DNA of 61,348 nt, from NCBI GenBank assembly GCA_040143965.1, contig JASJQH010006882.1, positions 1 through 61,348 of the forward strand. Direction: 5' to 3'. Position numbers and translations under genes: made by a program. Position 1 is the stretch's first letter. Each line of letters opens with the position of its first letter. Below, piece after piece: positions 52,691 to 61,348 of this stretch. This DNA comes from Basidiobolus ranarum (Eukaryota). The notes under the pieces were generated by a model that was given only the letters and a program-made list of their open reading frames with translations, made no database searches and was not told the DNA's origin.

Positions 52691-53997
52691 CAAGCAATAA
52701 ATATGTTGAAAAGAAGCAAATGCTACAAGTGTACAAAGTTCGAATGACTTTTTTTCTGATAAAGACTGCACAAAGGGGGAGGGGTTATATCACGAAGAGA
52801 TAACCCAATAGAACGACAATTTTTCTTGAACAAAACTCACGAAGCAAATTCCAACACTAAAAGCACACAAGAAGCGGAGAGAAAAAAAAGGAAATTGTCA
52901 AAGGATATCAAGTAAATGAAATATTGTGTGCGGTGCACTAACTTGTTACAGAGTCAGGTGCGTGATTTACTAGCAAATATTAAAGTCTAAAAGATCTCGA
53001 CATCACCAATTAGGATGCTATTACTCTCATAACTATCTATAGATGGGGTTGCTAATCATCATCTATTCATGAGACTACACTAACCAGTATCATCCGAGGT
53101 TTGAAATAAATCCGGTATATATAAAGCACATAAATAGCCACCGCCAAACTCCAATTTTGAATCCTGGTAATGGTGCCTGTACAGTAAGTATGTTTCTTAC
53201 TAAGCTAAACATGTCGCGTTGTTTTCTCGCTTCCTGATTATTCATCATTCCTCCAGCTTTGTCCCCAACCTCCATTCCCCATACCAGCATCGAGCTTTGT
53301 TTACATTTCCCTTAAATAAATAAGATTGACCAATTCAAAGATTCTTAATTAAAGATGGAGCTTGATGATTGGCCAATTTATCCAATCGGACCTTAAATAG
53401 GACGGTCACCTGAGCAGTGAAATGAAGGTGGGATGAAGGTGGGATGTTTCAACACTGATTGAATTAAAATCGGCAAAGTTGTAAACAGGTTTTAGAAGCA
53501 CATCTTCAGCGTAGTTTCATCGATATTTTGATTTGCATCTTGGACATAGAAGCACATTCCACATTTCCTTACCTCCATTCGTCCAATTAATGGAGCCATC
53601 ATCTCACATGTAGAGGCGTTACTGGCTCAAAACCAAGTATGCTGTAAGTATATATTCCTCATCTGCCTCTAGATAGCCAAGGGATCAATGGGGCCTTAGT
53701 GTAACTATCACATTGAAAGGGAATTTACAATTTGTTAGTGGCCTAATTTACTCAACTGGTATCTCGCACAGCCAATGAATATCCGGTTCAGTTGTTATTT
53801 TAGGTAAAGTTATGGGGCTTTATTGATTATGTAACTAGGTAATTAAGGTTTTGGGCTTTGGTGACTTCTGCCCCCGCTATGTCTTTGCTCAGGCCTGAGT
53901 TAGAGAAAATATAAAATGGAGTTACGACCGATGGGTGAGATTAGGAGTTTAGAAGCATCTCTTGGGAAAATCATGAAAGTCATAGCTTGAACAGACT

Positions 53998-55605
53998 TTA
54001 TAGTACACGTATGTTGTCAGTGCTGCTGATCTCACGAGTAAAACTTTCAATAGAGTCCTCCTTAGAGTTGATGAAGCTAGAGTTGGTGGTTTCAATATGG
54101 ATTGGAGCCAAGGGATCCATTGGCGTGGATGGTACGGGAGTTGGTAGCGAAGATCTACAATAAATGACTGATAAATGACTGAGCCGAGTGAAGACATGGT
54201 ACACAAACCTACCTAAAGCTGTTGGTTGGTTGCCTATCTGTCTGAGGACGACCCCAGGATACTCTGACGCGAGAATTACCTACATATTATAAACGAAAGT
54301 GAGGAAACATCACGTGATATAGCAGGTATATGTACATACCGATCGAACTACCATTCATTTGTGAAATGGCTAGCTCGGCACTGTGCCTATGAACAAATTG
54401 AACAAACCCACAGCCTCTACCAGGAGGAATCTTAACTAGAACAATATCTCCGAACCTTTGAAAGCAGCTGTGGATAGAATAATAGAGGGCATTTAGAGAT
54501 AGTTCCAATCATTTGTAGATAGAACCAGTTCAACCTTCTCAGCTCATCATCGTTCGTGGTAGGAGGTAAGCCTCCAACAAATACATTCGTATTGCTGGGA
54601 TCGTTAAATTGACGCTGGTTCGTATAGTTAGGAGTGTGTTGGAAATTGTTAAGGTTGGTGGCGTTAAGCTTTGTTTTGGGCACAGCAACGGATATACGAA
54701 TGGGTCTACTACCGCAGTAGGCTCCTTGCATTTCGACCATGGCCCTTTGTTGCTCATTTTCGTCACCAAAGCGAACAAAACCATAGCCTTCAATATGGCA
54801 ATATCCTAATCAGTTTCGAAGACTGGAAATGGATAGTCAATATCTCGGGTGATTTCTTACCTTTGGACATCCCAGTTAAAGGATCCATCACAACTCTAGC
54901 AGATTGGATAGAAATATATCGGGATTGAAAGGTGACCTAATTGGGATGGAAATGATCGAGATCAGAAGAATAGTCACCGATAATTAAGTTCAGATTACTA
55001 ATCCAATAAGCCGTACCAACAACAATTCATCATTGACTTCGGGGCCAATATCACCAACAAAAACCGACAATTCATTGCTTTTCTCTTCTCTATGTACACA
55101 CATATAGGAGGTAGTATTAAAAAATAGGAACCATATTATAGTAATCCTCAGTTATTATACTTTCTATCGCCCATTCCACCCCCTGAAGCCCAATTCAGTT
55201 TAAAAATACGATTAGTACCTGGAATGGGGGTACCAGTTAGAGTTGTCAGAGCCTTGTTGGCTGCAGAGTTAGTCGAGAATTCAACAAAACAGTAGCCTGC
55301 AGTAGAGCTACACGATGGTTCATTACAACATTGATGAGGGATAATTTACAACTAGGCAACAAGCTCTTACCGCGTGAATTTATCACGGATCATCTTTACA
55401 TTCACCTGTTCACCAAGGCTGTACCAAAGGTTTTTGATAAAATTCTCATCCATCCATGGGTCCAACTCACCCATCCTGTACAACAGAAAGAATCAAACTC
55501 ACAAAAATACTGATAACCACAAGTGCATTTAGCATACCATAGAGATGTCTTTCCTTGCAAAGGATTTTTTACAGAATAAACTTCAGATGGCTGTTGATAC
55601 GTCAT
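53998..55605 (-). CDS. Triple-RRM RNA-binding protein, Nam8/Ngr1/TRNAU1AP family (multi-exon)
   Basis: Spliced motifs [70 protein letters not shown] and VRVSWGR. Confidence 0.92.
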
Positions 55606-56100
55606 TATCGCTATCAAGAATGACTCTCTAAAGAAACTACGTTTATTTATGTTCTAACATCAAGTAACCTGAACCCTCCGCGACTCTATAAAGCTGAATT
55701 TTTTTTCGGCATTAATTAAAGTTGATTCGATTGGTGCTGTAAACTTAGGTTCGCCATTCCACATAATTTGCATGTCATTGTACAAGGTGAAAACGTCACC
55801 TCCAATAGATTCTAGAACTATTCAAACACAATCCCACTCTCCAATATCTTGCGTCAAGACATCAAATTGACTCTTACAGTTATGAGTGATTCTGGAACGA
55901 GTTATTGGGCCTGATGTCGGAAGGAGATATTCCTCCGGATAGTACAAATCGTTGCTAAGGGTTTTCCCAAAATATTGGAATCCACAATTGGGTAGGATTT
56001 TCGGATGCAAGGAAATGAATAAAAGATTGCTTGAAACCTGAATTCTTTTCTAACTGTTCTATCATTTGGCGTTTGCTTCTCGACAGTGTCCTCAGCCAAA

Positions 56101-56835
56101 ATGACCACTCAAGTTAGTCACCCGTACTTTCCTCGGGATCTTCTCTTACCCCACTATGTTGCTAATACTTTGGAAATGGACTACATTCTCACTGTATTAT
56201 TCTCAACCTTTGGTATTATTCTTTTGGTCGCTGGTGTAATTATCATCAGAAAGCCGCAGATTAGTACTAGTGGTCGAGTTATATTTATGTGGTGCGTTAT
56301 TTGCGGCTTCATCCATTTGTTCCTCGAAGGTTACTTTGCTGTATTCCATTCATCCCTAGCAGGAGACCAAGGTTTGTTTGGTCAAGTTTGGAAAGAGTAT
56401 TCCAAAGGAGATTCCAGATATCTTAGTAGTGATTCATTCGTCGTGAACATGGAGAGGATAACTGCTGTGAGTTTTTATCGATAAAGTAATCATCTGCTTT
56501 CATAACAACTAATCTCGTTTACTTTATAGTTTATTGATGGTCCTCTGGCCTTTTATACTGCTTACGCCATTTATACCAACTCACCTGGTCGCCACGTTGG
56601 CCAGATCACACTTTCCATCTGTCAACTATATGGCTGCGTATTGTACTACCTCACTACTTTGTTTGAGGGCTCTCCCCATTGCGATCCTCATCCTTTGTAC
56701 TTTTGGTTCTACTTTGTTGTCATGAATGCATTCTGGACGATTATTCCCATTATCTTAATCAAGCAATCATGGTCAGCCATTTACCGCGGTATGGCTTTGG
56801 CACAAAAAGCCACGTCTTCTAAGAAGCGTAAATAA
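56101..56835 (+). CDS. EBP: Emopamil-binding-protein-type sterol delta8-delta7 isomerase (2 exons)
   Basis: Motifs HPYFP, GFIHLFLEGYF, WKEYSKGDSRY and MERITAFIDGPL across intron 56467-56530, then YFWFYFVVMNAFW. C-terminal KKRK ER-retrieval signal. Confidence 0.93.
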
Positions 56836-57925
56836 GCGGATATAGCGGCTTTAACCATTTCGGTAAAGTACCCAGAGCACAATAGTGAACTCATTTTTTA
56901 TTTATTGTTCTCGATACATTATGATACCATTCATTCCCTCACTTCTTTAATAACATTTATTTAAGATCCTATTTACTCTTTGTTTAATGGTATAATTTAC
57001 TACTGTCATTGGCAATTTTCAGTCATCGAATCTTAATACAGAGTTCACTATATTTCACATGGCTATCTCAGACTTTATGTGTTAATTTGTGTTTAGCTAC
57101 TTTATAATTTTGTCAAGTGCATGTATGTGTTATTGCAGTATTTGCATGTCTTCAAGCAAGTTCTAGATACTCTGAGATCCAATATACAACATATATGATG
57201 TGACTTACGCTATAAACTGTAATTTTTGTGCGTAAGAATCTAAGGTGAAGTGCTGTGTAGTGAAAGTCAAGACACTGTATTGTAAATATATTTTTAAAAA
57301 TATTTTGAAGAAAACACCATCTCCACAATAAGTATGTTTCTTATATGTTGAACGAATTCTCACTTGCTGAAGTGTTTAAGGTTGTACCTGAAGCCAGGTA
57401 ATAAATAGAATAATCAATCATCAGAATACTTTCAAAATAAGGGAAGGTAAGATTAGGGTAAAATGGGGTAGAAATAGGGTAAATTTACGTTTGGTAGTTG
57501 AATGTGACTTTATGGTTTAAACTCAGCGATATTATGGTTATTGAGTAGAAGAAATTCCAATCAAATGATTCTATTGCAGAGTATTATAGTTTTAAATGAG
57601 GATAAGCAAAAGGTAAATGACAAACGCAGTATGGAATATTCAGTAATGTGGAGGAGTTAGAATGTGAAGGGTCTAGGCCTCGATCTTCACCCGGTTTTCA
57701 CCCTGCTTAAGCCTGAAGCTAGTGGGGTAAGAACCATTGGTGTTATCATCCTAATCCGAAACTTGCTGTCTAAGGATACATTGTTAATCACGAATTCTCC
57801 CTACACGTTTCTCCGATTCCAAAAATTCTAACATGAACAGACAAGGCATACATATTGGAATAATTTTAATCGCGAATATTTGCCAGCATGCTATTTTCTG
57901 GTTGAGTCTAGATTCCAGAGCGATC

Positions 57926-57934
57926 ATGAGTCAT
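57926..57934. promoter_or_regulatory. Gcn4/CpcA (AP-1) site ATGAGTCAT upstream of the amino-acid transporter
   Basis: Perfect 9-bp consensus about 510 nt upstream of the ATG. A second copy lies at 43546-43554, upstream of the SFP1-like gene. Confidence 0.4.
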
Positions 57935-58443
57935 TGTGATGCGTCTGATCTCATTGTGAGCCCTAACCCGAATGCCTCAACTGATTTGGCTAAACTAGTT
58001 ACACTTCTATGAGTAGTTAGCCAAAGTAGCTAGCTCTACTACTAACCCTAATACGATTATTACCTAGCAGTAGCAAACAACAATATGGCTTCTAGACTGC
58101 GGGTTTAAATCAATTAGGGAAGAAAGCTATTCGTCTATATTTTCCCCAATTAGTGCGTAGCTTTATTGGCCAAACATGCATTGCCTGATTTGATGAAAGA
58201 TTGATTCTTGGGCAGATAGAAAGTTAAACAAAGAATACCATTGGATTTCCCATGGAATGGATAAGCTCTCTTTACCGATTCTTGAGACCGTTCCTTTTTC
58301 GGACTTACTGCTGTGTGTTTTTTTACCAAATCTTTTTGGAACCAGCTATCCGGACCAATCAGTCAAGATATCACCTTTCACATATAAAGAGCGTTACAAC
58401 TTGAGGATATGATAATAGATTTCTTTTCGTCTGGTTTTATTAC

Positions 58444-59852
58444 ATGTCTAAGAAAGTGAGTTCCGAAGCTGAGTTCCATGACTCGAATCAGTTGGAGTTG
58501 ACCAGCGAGGATCACGATGTAGGAGAAGTATCCAACTTCGCAGCCTTCTTTAATATAGTGTAAGTAGTGACGTATTTACTGTGTTTGAACTCCATGCTTA
58601 CATTGATCCATTCTCAGGTGTGTTATTGCGGGAACCGGTGTATTGCAGATGGGATTTTCTTTCACCCAAAGTGGATGGTTTGCTAGTATCATCACCGTAT
58701 TCTGCTGTTTACTCTGTATTTATTCTGGACATCTCCTCATCCTTTGCCTGTATCACAACAAAAAAACTCGTCTCAGTGGTTACAGCGAAGTTGGTGAGGC
58801 TGCTTTCGGTAAACCCGGTTATTATACTATTCAGGCATTTGTGTTATGGTTTTACTTCGGTGTCGGGTGTATTTTCATTATGTTGATTGCCACCAACGTG
58901 AAGGAACTGGTTGACTATTCTGGAACGGTGATTAACTTGAAAGTATGGACCATCATTGCTGCAGCCGTTATTTGCGTCCCTTTTTTGATCTACAAAAATT
59001 TGAAAGAGATTCATTTGCTTGCGTAAGATATACTTTCTTTTCTTTATTACTCTTACATCGAACTAACGAACCCTCTCTCCAATCAATAGTATCTTTGGTG
59101 TCGTAACTACTCTATTTACAGTGATTGTTATTGTGATTGTCGGTATTTCAAACCGTAACGATCATGCCGGACCCCTAGGACCTGAAAATACAGGTCATGA
59201 TTTCGTTATTGCGTCAGGTCTTCCTATAACACTAGCCTCAATCAGTTTGTCTTTCGGTGGCAGTCCGGTGTTTCCTTCGGTAGAAAAGAGTATGCGTAAT
59301 CGAAAAGCATGGACACCTGTCCTCACCATGGCAATGTTAACGACTTTACTCATGTACATGGCTGCTGGAGTATTCAGTTACCTAGCCTACGGCCAGTCTA
59401 CTCAATCACCCGTATTCAATAACTTTTATATGAATGGGCTTACTATTGCTGCACGTGTGGCAATTACTCTTCACATTCTCTTTACCGCACCAATCTTGCT
59501 GATCAACCTGTCGCTTGATCTTGAGAAATACCTCAAGATTGATATCAAGTATATGTCCAAGAAGAAGGAATTTGTCTCGCGTATACTGTTGAGAATCGTC
59601 TTGATGGTTATTTTCTGCTTAGTTGCTATGTTTGTTCCAGCTATCGGTGACTTCATGTCATTGATTGGTGCTTTAATGAACACTCAGATCATCTTCGTCA
59701 TCCCTGTGGCTTGCTTCTTGAAGCTGTTTGGATGGAGAAATGTTGGATGGGTACACCTGGTGCTGTGTACTATTACCATGATTGTCGGTTGGATCAGTTG
59801 CATCATCGGTACCATCGATGCAGTCAAGAGTCTAGTTCACGATCTCTCTTAA
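58444..59852 (+). CDS. Amino-acid transporter, AAAP/Aa_trans (Avt1-like) family (3 exons)
   Basis: Spliced AFFNIVCVIAGTGVLQMGFSFTQSGW, SYSEVGEAAFG-like motif, SFGGSPVFPSVEKSM and multiple TM helices. Confidence 0.92.
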
Positions 59853-61198
59853 TGCTGGGCTACATGTAGAGTTATCTGTATTGTCTAATTTGACGTTGAC
59901 TATCACCTTTACAGTATATCTCATAGAGCAGGCGAACCTGTGTTGTTAATTTTAGATTAATTTTCCATCATCATTGGTGAATAGAGTGCTCCTGTGTTTT
60001 AATAACTTAATTGGGGTTACGTCGGGTTATAGCGCGTTCTATCACTGATTTGAACATTATTCACCCGTCACCCGTTGTAATTATGAACCTATTTAAGCGT
60101 ATATTAGTGTCTCATTAATAAAGAATATTCGTCCAAAAATTCAGTTGTTTGTAGGCTGCTTTAGTTGTTGTTGGTACACTTATAAGGTAATAGACATGAA
60201 CCACAATTCTTTTTTTGGTGAATTCGCGGTCTAGAAATGGGTTATGAATATGGAAATGTCCAAACGATCCATGGAATTTCTCATTCAGAAGTGAGCTAGC
60301 AGTATGGTTCGTATAAGAACTATTTTGGGAATTTTACAATCAACAGCTATATCAATTTGGGTTAGCCATGGAAAAATCATTCATGACAAATATATATTTT
60401 AACGTATTCTTTTGGGCATTTGTGGGGTATTTCGTAGAGGTTAGAGACAAAATTATAAGCACTCAATGCAAATTCTTATCGATATTGTCAGATATCAATC
60501 CATAGACTATAAGACAATGTTTATCAACTAGTTGCTAATCATTGCTATTTAATCAATTTTAAGCTTATCTTTTAATTGTTTGATTAAGTTTAAGCAGGTA
60601 TTGAGAAATTTCGGTAGTAAACTTAGCTTGTTTCCATGCTATGTAGATTTCGCTACATGAAGAAAGTCGCTTGCAGATATCGGAGTTTAAAGTTGACTTT
60701 GAAATTTGTGTGATAAAGAGGCTAGCTCATTTACAGTTTCAACAGTCCTTGAGGCATATGGTCTGTCCTCCTTTTACATCGCCACTTCTAGATGGAAGCG
60801 TAAAATAGTACCATTGAAAAGCCATTACAATTCCAGAATCAATCTGAAATATTCCTTTGTTTCAGGAATTAGTATTCCCCAATATAGATCAAGTGGTGTG
60901 GATGATTTGGGGGTACTACCAAAATATATCCCTAAAATCTTCTTGAGTAATTGGAAGCTTGAGCCACTGATCACAAGCACGGAGGATGAGGTTCTGGAGG
61001 CTAGGGTCTGGAAGTTAAGTGATGACTAAATCACATTAGAAAGAGTCACTAGTTTCCAGGCTGTCTAACCGTAGTTAAAATATGAAACCTTACGAATTAC
61101 AAGAGTAGTAACAGTGATAATTCAATCACTTTATGAGTATAAATACCTGATTACTTTCTGAATTCCAACTTAGATTCAACTTCCAATCCTAACTTTTA

Positions 61199-61348
61199 AT
61201 GCTCAATCAAGAATTCCACTTGGCCCCCGAAGCCGGTATTGACTACAACAAGCCAATCCTTCGAAATCTCTCTGTCGCTCAACTCTATGAGCATGCCCTC
61301 AACTATGAGCCAGGAACTGTCATGTCCTCTACTGGTGCCTTGATCACT
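61199..61348 (+). CDS. PCK1: Phosphoenolpyruvate carboxykinase (ATP), 5' part only, runs off the window
   Basis: MLNQEFHLAPEAGIDYNKPILRNLSVAQLYEHALNYEPGTVMSSTGALIT matches the ATP-PEPCK N-terminus. Not in the ORF track because it is truncated. Confidence 0.85.
   Translation, partial: MLNQEFHLAPEAGIDYNKPILRNLSVAQLYEHALNYEPGTVMSSTGALIT

Noticed and set aside
53422-53446. Direct repeat atgaaggtggg x2
   Set aside because: Two short copies only, a simple slippage duplication rather than an array.
60706-61029. 107-aa ORF upstream of PCK1
   Set aside because: It starts at TTG, has no motif, and lies in probable PCK1 promoter DNA.
1-61348. tRNA, rRNA, CRISPR, transposase or bacterial HGT genes
   Set aside because: I saw no cloverleaf or T-loop signature, no spaced repeat array and no RT/DDE motif. 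All recognised genes are eukaryotic-type.

Overview
This is AT-rich, intron-dense (mostly 55-110 nt GT-AG introns) nuclear DNA from an early-diverging fungus. It looks zygomycete-grade, possibly Basidiobolus-like, but the organism cannot be proven from sequence alone. I spliced the genes by hand and support 24 protein-coding genes: a LysM protein, RPE1, a homeodomain protein, PGK1, a bHLH-ZIP factor missed by the ORF track, a choline/ethanolamine kinase, a hypothetical protein, UBA3, mitochondrial bL17, DCAF11, a WSC sensor, peroxisomal Lon, a plant-type LRR surface protein, a KDM3-type JmjC demethylase, SNAPC4, NAS2, LTA4H, an SFP1-like zinc finger, a CDC12-like septin, a Cdc15/Cdc7-type kinase, a NAM8-like RRM protein, EBP, an amino-acid transporter and the 5' end of PCK1. 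I found no tRNA, rRNA, CRISPR array or transposase. Main leads: (1) a divergent, mating-type-like homeodomain gene tail-to-tail with PGK1, recalling the HD-PGK linkage of the arbuscular mycorrhizal MAT locus; (2) a kinase with CH + kinase + C1 + polybasic-CaaX architecture convergent on a septin gene; (3) an LRR receptor-like gene built from one-repeat-per-exon 72-nt cassettes; (4) a degenerate homeodomain fused to a JmjC demethylase.
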